Assembly (NCBI GenBank): GCA_042584585.1 | Contig: JBHOSQ010000011.1 | Coordinates: 1-35,729, forward strand | Source of the DNA: an archaeon | GTDB lineage: Archaea > B1Sed10-29 > WALL01 | Direction: 5' to 3' | Length of the DNA stretch: 35,729 bases | Shown here: one piece after another, positions 8,128-15,790 of the stretch | Layout of the letters: each line of letters begins with the position of its first letter | How positions within the stretch are numbered: position 1 is the stretch's first letter | Translations under genes and position numbers: made by a program | The notes under the pieces: model-generated | What the model was told of the DNA's origin: nothing | What the model saw: only the letters and a program-made list of their open reading frames with translations | The model's database searches: none

Positions 8128-9123
8128 TCACTTCTTAGTCGTCAGCCCGAGGTGCCACGCGACCGGCAGCCCGGCAATAATGACCAGCCAAAACGAAATC
8201 AGCCGGTCGATAAGCGTAACCGCACCCGCAGTTACCGTGTTAATCGCAGTGCTCGAATAAATAATTATCATTGTGGCCTCAAGAGTGCCCGGCGGCAGCG
8301 GCAGGGAAGCCACTATATTGGCGATTACGTAGACCGCCGCAATCACGGCAATCGGCACGTTTATGCCCAGCGCGAGGAAGATCACGTACGCTCGGGAAAT
8401 CTCAAGCGCCCAGTACACCAGTGACGCGAGGATTGCCTTGATTAGCACGCCTTTCTTCGCGATGCGGGCCGCGTTGTCGTAATAGTTGGCGAGCGAGTCG
8501 TCCAGTTTGTCGCGGTAGTACCCAACCAACGGAAATTTTTCGGAGAGGCGCTGGTACTTGTCGATTAGCCCCACTATCCACTTGGCCTTGATTTTGCGGC
8601 GGAGCGTCACGTAGACGAGCGCGGCCATAATCCCAGTGGTGAACAGGAAGGACAATGCCAGCAGCAGCACGGTGTGGCCGGGAACGTTGAGGTAGTAAAA
8701 CGCGTAGAAGATGGCGAGAATCGTGATGATGGAGAACGCGGTCATGTCCGCGATTTTTTCGATTACGACGGTTGCGAGGCCGGTGCTTGTGCGGGCGCCA
8801 TGGCGCTTTTTCAGTAGGTAGGCACGCAGTGGCTCGCCACCCATGCGCGAGCTTGGGGTGATGTTGTTCATCGCGGTGCCGGCGATGGTCATAAGCAGCA
8901 CGCTGCTGAACTCTGCCTTGTGGCCGGTTGCTTTTATGAAGATGGCCCAGCGCTGTGCCATGGCGACCATGGCAAGGGCTTGGATGCCCAGGGCAAGCAA
9001 CAGGTATTCCGGCTTCATTTTCGAGACTTGGTCCCACACTGCGTCGGGGCCTAGCACCCAGACTATGGCCGCGAATACTAGGATTCCAATAAAAATCGTT
9101 GAAAAAAGCTGTTTACCGCGCAC
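8128..9123 (-). CDS. UPF0104/lysylphosphatidylglycerol-synthase TM domain flippase-like protein
   Basis: RW motif, NNITPSSRMGGEPLRAY, EK..D, final R..SFW; multiple TM helices. Confidence 0.88.
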   Translation of the reverse strand: MRGKQLFSTIFIGILVFAAIVWVLGPDAVWDQVSKMKPEYLLLALGIQALAMVAMAQRWAIFIKATGHKAEFSSVLLMTIAGTAMNNITPSSRMGGEPLRAYLLKKRHGARTSTGLATVVIEKIADMTAFSIITILAIFYAFYYLNVPGHTVLLLALSFLFTTGIMAALVYVTLRRKIKAKWIVGLIDKYQRLSEKFPLVGYYRDKLDDSLANYYDNAARIAKKGVLIKAILASLVYWALEISRAYVIFLALGINVPIAVIAAVYVIANIVASLPLPPGTLEATMIIIYSSTAINTVTAGAVTLIDRLISFWLVIIAGLPVAWHLGLTTKK

Positions 9124-9157
9124 AAGGATTAAATAGAATTACTTCTTTTTTAACTTG

Positions 9158-9913
9158 ATGCCATTAGTGGACTGCCATTGCCATCTCGAGGACAAGCGGT
9201 TCGAGAAGGACCGCGAGGAAGTCATCGAGCGGAACAAGAAAGCGGTTAACTTTGTTGTTAATTCAGGGGTTGATTTTGGGGGAAACACCGCGACGCTCGA
9301 GATGCATCACGAGCACCCCGAGTTTATTCACGCGTCGCTTGGCCTGGCCCCGCCGCTGGCTGCGGAGATGGGGGACAAGGACGTCGACAATATCATGGAC
9401 TTGATTCGTGAGCATGCGGACGACGTGGTTGCGATTGGCGAGGTTGGGCTGGACTATCACTGGACCAAGGAGCCAAAGGACCGCGAGCGGCAGGCCGTGG
9501 TGCTGAAGCAGTTCATTTCCCTTGCGGACGAGCTGGGGAAGCCGTTGATTGTGCATTGCCGTGACGCCATGCCCGATTTGTTGAAAATTATTGGCAAAAA
9601 CCACCCGGATAATGTGATGATGCACCATTTCTCAGGCAACGAGGAGGAGCTTAAGGAGTGCCTTGACAACGGCTTTTTTATAAGCCTGTGCACGGGATTC
9701 AAGGACAAAAGCCTTATTAAGCTGATTCCACTACAATATACACTAGCTGAGACAGACAGCCCATTCAATTGTCCAATGAGGGGCAAGCGCAACGAGCCGT
9801 TCTTTGTTCGTGATATTGTTGCTTTGGTGTCGACCTTGAACGAGGTTGACGCGACTGATTACATCTTTGAGAACGCACTGCGCTTCTTTTCTGTTTCGGC
9901 AAGAACCGTGTGA
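9158..9913 (+). CDS. tatD: TatD family deoxyribonuclease
   Basis: DCHCHL, AIGEVGLDY, PLIVHCR, HHFSG, ETDSPF. Confidence 0.93.
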   Translation: MPLVDCHCHLEDKRFEKDREEVIERNKKAVNFVVNSGVDFGGNTATLEMHHEHPEFIHASLGLAPPLAAEMGDKDVDNIMDLIREHADDVVAIGEVGLDYHWTKEPKDRERQAVVLKQFISLADELGKPLIVHCRDAMPDLLKIIGKNHPDNVMMHHFSGNEEELKECLDNGFFISLCTGFKDKSLIKLIPLQYTLAETDSPFNCPMRGKRNEPFFVRDIVALVSTLNEVDATDYIFENALRFFSVSARTV

Positions 9914-10395
9914 CGGTGATTATCATTGTATTTGAGGAAGTAAGAAGCAAGCTTGGCTTGCGCAGGATTACCCACAAGCATATTGGCGTGCTCGTCGACG
10001 GGCCGAACATACTCCGCAAGGAATTTAACGTGAATTTGTTCGACATGAAGACGAAGCTGGAGCCGTACGGCCAGGTCAAGGTCGGCAAAGTTTTCTTGGA
10101 CCAATACGCGCCAGACAAATTGATTGAGGCGGTGACGAACCAGGGGTTCGAGCCGGTCATCACGAGCACTGACGTGGACGTGACCATGGCTGTGGAGGCA
10201 ATCGAGTTGGTGTACAACTCTTCGATTGACATCCTGGCGCTGATGACGAGGGACGCGGACTTCCAGCCCGTGCTGCAGAAGGCAAAGCTCCGCGGAAAGG
10301 AAACAATCGTGCTCGGTGTCGAGCCTGGATTTTCCACGGCGCTGAAAAACACGGCCGACAGAGTGATCATGATCGGAAGAATGAACGGTGAGTGA
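9910..10395 (+). CDS. NYN-domain protein (TIGR00288-like)
   Basis: VLVDGPN, DVDVTMAVEA, TRDADFQP, GFSTALKNTAD; GTGA overlap with tatD stop. Confidence 0.9.
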   Translation: MTVIIIVFEEVRSKLGLRRITHKHIGVLVDGPNILRKEFNVNLFDMKTKLEPYGQVKVGKVFLDQYAPDKLIEAVTNQGFEPVITSTDVDVTMAVEAIELVYNSSIDILALMTRDADFQPVLQKAKLRGKETIVLGVEPGFSTALKNTADRVIMIGRMNGE

Positions 10396-10398
10396 AAA

Positions 10399-11163
10399 GT
10401 GAACATACCTCTTGGCACGCAGGAAATCGCTGGGCGAGAATTATCGGAAGAGACAGTCCGCGAAATAATTTCTTTCCTGGACGGCAACAAGACGGGTTAC
10501 TTTTGCATCACTACCGAGGGAGAGCACGGCATTGAGGACGGGCTCATGGTCATCGAGGCCGGCAACATCATCGGGGCGCACTACGAGTACATGGCGTTCG
10601 AGAGGGAGCACATCGCCGGCGAGGCCTTGAAGCGCGTGCTGAACTCACTGATTGCGCCGAAAGGCGTTTATGACGCGTATACATTGACCGCCCAGCAGTT
10701 GGAGCTCCTCAAAATCTTCAACGAAAACATTTTGCTGCTCGAAAGAATCCCGCTGCGGGCGTTCGAGGGCATGGTGCCCGTGTCACACTCCACGGAATAC
10801 GAGGCCCAGGAAATCGCTGCGATTCCGGTGCAGCGGAAAGACGTGCTTGGAAAGCACGGCTTGTCCGAAATCAAGATTGACAATTACGCAGAAATCAAGG
10901 CAAGCGTGGAAGCGATTGCCCCAACCCCCGGACCCTCGGAAAAAGTTGCTGAAAAGGTGACTGAATACGTGACCGGAAAGCCAACCGAGAAGCCGGTTGT
11001 TCCGCCCGTGGAGCCGACCGAGATGCCGGTTGTGGAGGACGTGAAGCCGCCGGTGTCCGACGTTCCTGTCGAGCAGGCGCTTGACGCGGACACGACGCAG
11101 GAGCTTGAGGGATTGAACCAGCAGGCCGAGAAACTGAAGAAGCTGCTTCTTAAGGAGAAATAA
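10399..11163 (+). CDS. DUF2226-like protein with Pro/acidic linker and C-terminal helix
   Basis: N-terminal 'TGYFCITTEG..EDGLMVIEAGNIIGAHYE..AGEALK..YDAYTLT' pattern recalled for DUF2226/PATAN-like domains; GGTGA RBS; upstream of minD. Confidence 0.65.
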   Translation: MNIPLGTQEIAGRELSEETVREIISFLDGNKTGYFCITTEGEHGIEDGLMVIEAGNIIGAHYEYMAFEREHIAGEALKRVLNSLIAPKGVYDAYTLTAQQLELLKIFNENILLLERIPLRAFEGMVPVSHSTEYEAQEIAAIPVQRKDVLGKHGLSEIKIDNYAEIKASVEAIAPTPGPSEKVAEKVTEYVTGKPTEKPVVPPVEPTEMPVVEDVKPPVSDVPVEQALDADTTQELEGLNQQAEKLKKLLLKEK

Positions 11164-11166
11164 AGG

Positions 11167-11625
11167 ATGAGACTGAAGCCGTGGAACATCGATTGGGTGG
11201 TGAGGAACACCTTTCGCAAGCTTACTGGCCAGAAGACACTGGAGGCGGAGAGGCAGGAACGGATGGCGATGCTGCGGGAAATGCTTTACCCCGGCGAGAC
11301 CCGGTTTGTCAAGCCCGCGATGACGAGGCAGTACTTCAGCAAGCTAGCGGACGACTTCACGCTTTCTTCGGTTGTGCTCGCGAACCGTGACGGGAGCGTC
11401 CGGGCGAACAGCGGGGGCAAGGACATCCACGCGGAGAAGTCGGTGTTTGACTCGGTCGTGAAAGAGATTCCTGACGCGAAATACTTATTAATAAAGGGTG
11501 AGAAAAAGACTCATATCGTGTGCCCCGACAACGGCTCGCTGGTCGTGGTCGAGGCCAGGGGCAATGTTTCGCCCATCGAGATGAAGGCGCTCATGCGCAA
11601 AATCCAAAAGGGGAATAATTCATGA
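11167..11625 (+). CDS. Hypothetical protein with roadblock/MglB (profilin-like fold)-type C-terminal domain
   Basis: 'SSVVLANRDGSVRANS' strand-DG-strand signature followed by helix, three strands and a terminal helix; ATGA overlap with minD. Confidence 0.6.
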   Translation: MRLKPWNIDWVVRNTFRKLTGQKTLEAERQERMAMLREMLYPGETRFVKPAMTRQYFSKLADDFTLSSVVLANRDGSVRANSGGKDIHAEKSVFDSVVKEIPDAKYLLIKGEKKTHIVCPDNGSLVVVEARGNVSPIEMKALMRKIQKGNNS

Positions 11626-12803
11626 CACGCATCATCGCAATCGCTTCAGGCAAGGGCGGGGTCGGCAAGACCTCTCTAACCTCTAACTTGGGCATTGCCC
11701 TCGCGAAGATGGGCAAGAGAGTGATTGTGGTCGACACTGACCTGCAGATGGCGAACCTTGGCTTGATGCTGGGCATGGAGGGCAGGCCAATCACGCTGCA
11801 GGACGTTCTTGCGGGCGAGGCCTCGTTGAGCGACGCCGTTTATGATGGGCCTGGCGGGGTCAGGTTTGTGCCGGCTGGACTGTCGATTGACAAGTTCAGG
11901 CGCGTGGACGAAGAAAAATTGATTGACGTCGTGAAGGAATTGGGGAACCACGCTGACATTTTGCTTCTTGACACTGCTGCGGGAATTGGGAACGACGTAT
12001 TGGCGAGCCTGCACAGCGCGACCGAGGTCCTCGTTGTCACGATGGCGGAGTCGATTGCGGTCGCGGACGCCTTGAAACTAATCATGGTCGCCGAGCGCAG
12101 GCTGGGCCTTGACATCACGGGCGTTGTTGTCGAGATGTACAAGGGCATGAAGCAGGAAATGACTTCCAAGGAAATCCAGAAGGCGCTTCAGACCGAAGTA
12201 ATCGCAATTATTCCTGAGGACCCGTTGTTCCGGGAGTCTTCTCTTGACGGAAACCCGGTGGTGGTAAAGCACCCGACGTCTCCTGGCGGCACCGCGGTGA
12301 TTAACCTTGCCGCGAAATTGATTGGCGCGCCGGCCCCGATGATGGAGGAAAGGAAGCGCGGGATTATCGAGATTATTCTTGGGCTGTTGATGCCGAAGAA
12401 GAAGCGGACGCTCACAGGCAAGGCGGAAGAGCCAAAGAAAAAAGAAGAAAAGAAGCAGCCTGTTCCGCCGAAAGAAGAGCCCAAGAAAGAAGCTGCAAAG
12501 CCTCCGGCCGAAAAGAAACCAGCCGCTCCAGTAAAGGCGCCGGTTCCAGCACCCACTGCTCCAGCCAAGGCTCCCACTCCAGCACCCACTGCTCCAGCCA
12601 AGGCCCCAACTCCTATTCCAGCCGCGCCCACTAAGGCTCCAACCCCCACTCCTACCACTCCAACCGGAGAGTTGGCAAAGGCCAACCCCCCCAGTTCTGC
12701 TGGTGTTCCCCCCAGTTCTCCCGGGGCCAAGCCACCCAGCGCGTCTGAGACGGAGCTGTTCGGTTCTCCAGCGAAAAAACCGGGCGAACAGCAGAAAGCT
12801 TAA
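11622..12803 (+). CDS. minD: Archaeal MinD-family ATPase with long Lys/Pro/Ala/Thr-rich C-terminal tail
   Basis: Deviant Walker A SGKGGVGKT, DTDLQMANL, LLDTAAG, IPED; amphipathic KRGIIEIILGLL followed by ~130 aa of low complexity. Confidence 0.9.
   Translation: MTRIIAIASGKGGVGKTSLTSNLGIALAKMGKRVIVVDTDLQMANLGLMLGMEGRPITLQDVLAGEASLSDAVYDGPGGVRFVPAGLSIDKFRRVDEEKLIDVVKELGNHADILLLDTAAGIGNDVLASLHSATEVLVVTMAESIAVADALKLIMVAERRLGLDITGVVVEMYKGMKQEMTSKEIQKALQTEVIAIIPEDPLFRESSLDGNPVVVKHPTSPGGTAVINLAAKLIGAPAPMMEERKRGIIEIILGLLMPKKKRTLTGKAEEPKKKEEKKQPVPPKEEPKKEAAKPPAEKKPAAPVKAPVPAPTAPAKAPTPAPTAPAKAPTPIPAAPTKAPTPTPTTPTGELAKANPPSSAGVPPSSPGAKPPSASETELFGSPAKKPGEQQKA
12545..12604 (+). repeat. 33-nt-period tandem repeat in minD tail (PAPTAPAKAPT)
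   Basis: tccagcacccactgctccagccaaggc identical at 12545-12571 and 12578-12604, with degenerate copies on both sides. Confidence 0.85.
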
Positions 12804-12843
12804 TATTACTTCCTACTCCTAATCAACGTAGAGGTGTTTTTTT

Positions 12844-13065
12844 ATGGCAAATGATAGGCCTTTTGACTTTTTGAATGACTCAATGAACAAACCCGTGCTT
12901 GTTCGGCTTAAGGGAACACGCGAGTTGAGGGGAACGCTCAAGGCGTTCGACGTGCACATGAACCTTGTGCTTGACGACGTCGACGAGCTTGAAGACGACA
13001 AAGCCCTCAAGAAGATTGGGTCAATGCTCGTTAGGGGCGACAACATAGTCTTTATAAGCCCTTAA
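12844..13065 (+). CDS. Sm/Lsm-like RNA-binding protein (SmAP1)
   Basis: Sm1 (GTLKAFDVHMNLVL) and Sm2 (VRGDNIVFISP) motifs; GAGGTG RBS at 12831. Confidence 0.95.
   Translation: MANDRPFDFLNDSMNKPVLVRLKGTRELRGTLKAFDVHMNLVLDDVDELEDDKALKKIGSMLVRGDNIVFISP
13051..13057 (+). promoter_or_regulatory. Putative TATA box inside the 3' end of the Lsm gene
   Basis: TTTATAA placed for a start site near 13078-13080; no other TATA-like box upstream of tRNA-Ala. Confidence 0.45.
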
Positions 13066-13077
13066 TCCCCGAATAAA

Positions 13078-13191
13078 GGGAGCGCAGTGTAACAGCGCTT
13101 ACCCCCGGGATTCACACCCTGGGAGACCGACACCGACCAAAGTCGGTGCATCGCAAACCGACGTTGACCCAAGTCAACGTCAAGGGTTAGC
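13078..13191 (+). other. Structured non-coding leader (four hairpins) before tRNA-Ala, containing the repeated GACGTTGAC-N4-GTCAACGTC palindrome
   Basis: Stems agcgc/gcgct, cccggg/cctggg, caccgac/gtcggtg, gacgttgac/gtcaacgtc (13160-13181). Confidence 0.6.
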
Positions 13192-13265
13192 GGGCTCGTA
13201 GCTCAGTCCGGAAGAGTACCCCCTTGGCGTGGGGGAAGTCCCGGGTTCGAATCCCGGCGAGTCCA
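13192..13265 (+). tRNA. tRNA-Ala(GGC)
   Basis: Full cloverleaf; anticodon loop TTGGCGT; G3:U70 pair; TTCGAAT T-loop; no encoded CCA. Confidence 0.96.
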
Positions 13266-13307
13266 CTATAACACTTTTATAAAGAAACAACAGAAATACG
13301 ACACAAT

Positions 13308-13382
13308 GGGCCCATGGTCTAGCCTGGTTAGGACGCGTCCTTGACGTGGACGAGATCTCCGGTTCAAATCCGGGTGGGCCCA
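13308..13382 (+). tRNA. tRNA-Val(GAC)
   Basis: Full cloverleaf; loop TTGACGT; TTTTATAAA box near 13275. Confidence 0.96.
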
Positions 13383-13383
13383 C

Positions 13384-14073
13384 TCATTCATAATAGCCGT
13401 TTAGTTTCCAGAATTCGTACTTCTGCAAATGCCGCTGGTTTTTGAAGCCAATTAAGCCCAGCCATTTGTTCAGCCGCTTAACCCCGTTGATGTCAATTTG
13501 ATATTCGATGGATCTGCCAAACCGGTCATCATAACGTTCTCGTCTAGATGAAGTAAACAGAAGTCCAAGAGCGATTAGTAACACTTTTACGTTCCCGTAA
13601 AGATTGGCGCTTTTCATAGAAATTGTGATTGTGGGGTAATATTTAATCTGTTTATGCCTTTTCTTAAACGCAAGAGAACCATCAGAATCAAACAACCCGC
13701 GCAGGAACGCAATCTTTAAATCGTCACTTCCGGTCATGATGAATTCAGGAACAGCTATGTTGCTTTTTTTGCCACTCTTAACCCCCAATCCCACAAATAA
13801 TGTATGTAGCTCTACAGATGAAAACTCCAGGATTAGTGCCGAACTTTTGGATTTTATTGTGAGGTTATCTAAGCCATAGAGCCGCCTCTTTCTTGGCAGT
13901 AAAATATTTTCAAAGTAATCTAAGTCTAACAAAGCATCCCCACTATAATTGAAGCGATACCTCTTTCTCCCGTCGTAGGCCTCAATCTTCATATGCCCGT
14001 CGCCAATGTGGTGGCCAATGTCCTCAGCCAGCTCAGCACAGAGTGGCGGTGCCTGGATTTGCCTTTTCTTCAT
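13384..14073 (-). CDS. Free-standing two-motif LAGLIDADG (DOD-type) homing endonuclease family protein
   Basis: LAEDIGHHIGDGH and AFLRGLFDSDGS motifs; low GC (20/60 and 22/60 G+C in two hand-counted lines); no intein or intron context. Confidence 0.88.
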   Translation of the reverse strand: MKKRQIQAPPLCAELAEDIGHHIGDGHMKIEAYDGRKRYRFNYSGDALLDLDYFENILLPRKRRLYGLDNLTIKSKSSALILEFSSVELHTLFVGLGVKSGKKSNIAVPEFIMTGSDDLKIAFLRGLFDSDGSLAFKKRHKQIKYYPTITISMKSANLYGNVKVLLIALGLLFTSSRRERYDDRFGRSIEYQIDINGVKRLNKWLGLIGFKNQRHLQKYEFWKLNGYYE

Positions 14074-14170
14074 TGATTAAGGCTAATGCAATGCCCTTTA
14101 AACCACATGAGTTTAGGGCTTGCCGAGAACAACAAATATAAACGCCACTAGCTCCTAATTTATCCTCGCT

Positions 14171-14255
14171 GCTAGGGTGGCGGAATCCGGTTAACGCGCC
14201 GGCCTTGAGAGCCGGTGGGCCTCGGCCCGTGCAGGTTCAAATCCTGCCCCTAGCG
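14171..14255 (+). tRNA. tRNA-Ser(TGA)
   Basis: Cloverleaf with loop CTTGAGA, long variable arm (gggcc-tc-ggccc), G73 discriminator; AATATAAA box near 14135. Confidence 0.95.
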
Positions 14256-14257
14256 CT

Positions 14258-14429
14258 CGAGGCTTTTCTTTGCGGATGGACGTTGACTCAAGTCAACGTC
14301 AAGGGGCTAGAAAAGCCCCGTCGGCAAAAGAAACTATTTGAACAATACAACCTGCCTCTGGGAGCCTTCAGGCTCCCAAGCCTAACGTGCCGCCTGAGTT
14401 TCAGGCGTTATAATCCTGCCCCTAGCGCT
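14258..14429 (+). mobile_element. Miniature hairpin-rich element inserted at the tRNA-Ser 3' end with 18-bp direct repeat
   Basis: aatcctgcccctagcgct at 14240-14257 and 14412-14429; the 154-bp interior is mostly stems and is near-identical to 20755-20854 (inverted). Confidence 0.75.
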
Positions 14430-14430
14430 T

Positions 14431-15510
14431 CTAAGGGTTAGACACTTTCAGAATCTCGAACACGCGGTCAATGTCGTCCCTGAAGACGACGCCGACTATT
14501 TCTTCTTCGCTGATTACGGGCATGGCTTCCAGGCCGTTCCGCATCATTGAATGCATTACGACGGTGACGGAATCGCCGATTTCAGCGGCGCGCACCCGGT
14601 TCGCGATTGCCTTGAGGCTCGTCGTCTTCCACTTCGACTTCGGCACGTGCCTGATGTCGTAAAGGCTCACCAACTCCATGTGCCTGCCGATTGTCGTGAA
14701 CGCAACCAAAGAGCGGGACTTAATCATTTCCTCAATCGCCTTGTCCAATTTGGTTGCGGGCTTCAGCACCAGGTAATTAGCACGGACAATGCGCTGCAGC
14801 GGGAAATGGGCGAGCAGCTTGTTCGAGAGGGCGTACTCCAGCTCGGAAACCGCGCCCAAGTAAACAAAGATTGAGATTACGAGCAGGATGATGTTGTACG
14901 TGAACAAGGCGTAGAGGAACAAAAAGAAAGTGATGACTGTGGAGACCGTGGTCGCGATGCGCGTCGCGTTCACATAGTCCGTGACGAGTGCAAGCGCCGA
15001 GCGGAACACGCGGCCGCCGTCAAGCGGAATCGCGGGCACGAACAAGTTGAACGAGCCCAACAGCCAGTTAAGCCAGAACGCACTCGAGAACAGCATGGTC
15101 GCTAGCGGGACAGCAATGGAGCCGCCCATCGCCGCATTCCAGTCAGCCCACCCCATTAGGAACGGCAATCCAAAGAGCTGGGCGGCCAAAGCAATCAAAG
15201 TGCATAAAGAAAAGTTCAGGAGGGGCCCCGCAATCGACATTTTGAACTCGGAGTAAGGCTTCAGCTGGACTTCGTCCATCGCGGCCATTCCGCCGATTGG
15301 CAAGAGAACGATTTTTTTGACGTTGATGCCGTGCAGCTTGCCGATGATTGAGTGCGAGAGCTCGTGCAGGGTGATTGACGCGAAGAGCACGAAAAGGATT
15401 ATGAGAAAGCTCCAGTCCAGCAGGAGGAAGAGCAGGACAAACAGTATGAAGGATATGTGGAGCTCGACGTCTATCCCCATGACGTTGAATATCTTGAAGT
15501 TGCTCTTCAT
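14431..15510 (-). CDS. Site-2 protease (M50) with C-terminal CBS domains
   Basis: HELSH, LLPIGG, AGP, NLFVPAIPLDGGR; CBS-like C-terminus. Confidence 0.93.
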   Translation of the reverse strand: MKSNFKIFNVMGIDVELHISFILFVLLFLLLDWSFLIILFVLFASITLHELSHSIIGKLHGINVKKIVLLPIGGMAAMDEVQLKPYSEFKMSIAGPLLNFSLCTLIALAAQLFGLPFLMGWADWNAAMGGSIAVPLATMLFSSAFWLNWLLGSFNLFVPAIPLDGGRVFRSALALVTDYVNATRIATTVSTVITFFLFLYALFTYNIILLVISIFVYLGAVSELEYALSNKLLAHFPLQRIVRANYLVLKPATKLDKAIEEMIKSRSLVAFTTIGRHMELVSLYDIRHVPKSKWKTTSLKAIANRVRAAEIGDSVTVVMHSMMRNGLEAMPVISEEEIVGVVFRDDIDRVFEILKVSNP

Positions 15511-15580
15511 CAGTTCTTTTTACCCGGCGGCGCCTTATTAATGGTTACGCTTTTATTTCCCGCGGGAGTAGGGCTTGTTC

Positions 15581-15790
15581 ATGGAACTGACGGGAACGTG
15601 TGACGTCTGCGGCAAGCCCTGCGACCTCAATACTTGCACGAAATGCGGGAAGCGCGTGTGCAAAGAGCACTATGCGGACGGGCTATGCAGTGAGTGCGGC
15701 AAAACCGGAGCCAAGGGCGGGGGCGGCGAGTTTACCATTCCGGACTCGGCTAAGCCAACCACCGTAACTCCGGGGGACACACGGAAATGA
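15581..15790 (+). CDS. Small zinc-finger protein
   Basis: CxxCGK..CxxCGKxVCxxH..CxxC; ATGA overlap with next gene. Confidence 0.8.
   Translation: MELTGTCDVCGKPCDLNTCTKCGKRVCKEHYADGLCSECGKTGAKGGGGEFTIPDSAKPTTVTPGDTRK

Noticed and set aside
9910-9930. ATT start codon for the NYN gene after GGTGA RBS
   Set aside because: Possible, but in-frame GTG starts at 9910 (coupled to the tatD stop) and 9916 explain initiation without a rare codon
13078-13150. A fifth tRNA (Val-CAC or Sec-TCA-like, 'gggattcacaccc') or an SRP/5S/RNase P RNA
   Set aside because: No D-loop GG, no TTC T-loop, no matching acceptor 3' strand; no SRP S-domain, RNase P or 5S conserved motifs recognised
13066-13191. rpl37e gene, which often follows archaeal Lsm genes
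   Set aside because: No ORF with L37e motifs here; the region is non-coding
13384-14073. LAGLIDADG gene as part of a group I/BHB intron or intein
   Set aside because: Both flanking tRNAs are complete and uninterrupted, the gene is antisense to them, and no intein splicing motifs are present
14205-14441. ORFs 14205-14441 (+) and 20629-20844 (-) sharing 'KLFEQYNxPLG'
   Set aside because: Similarity is a by-product of the DNA repeat; the 4-nt indel shifts the frame between copies, and the ORFs overlap a tRNA or a real gene
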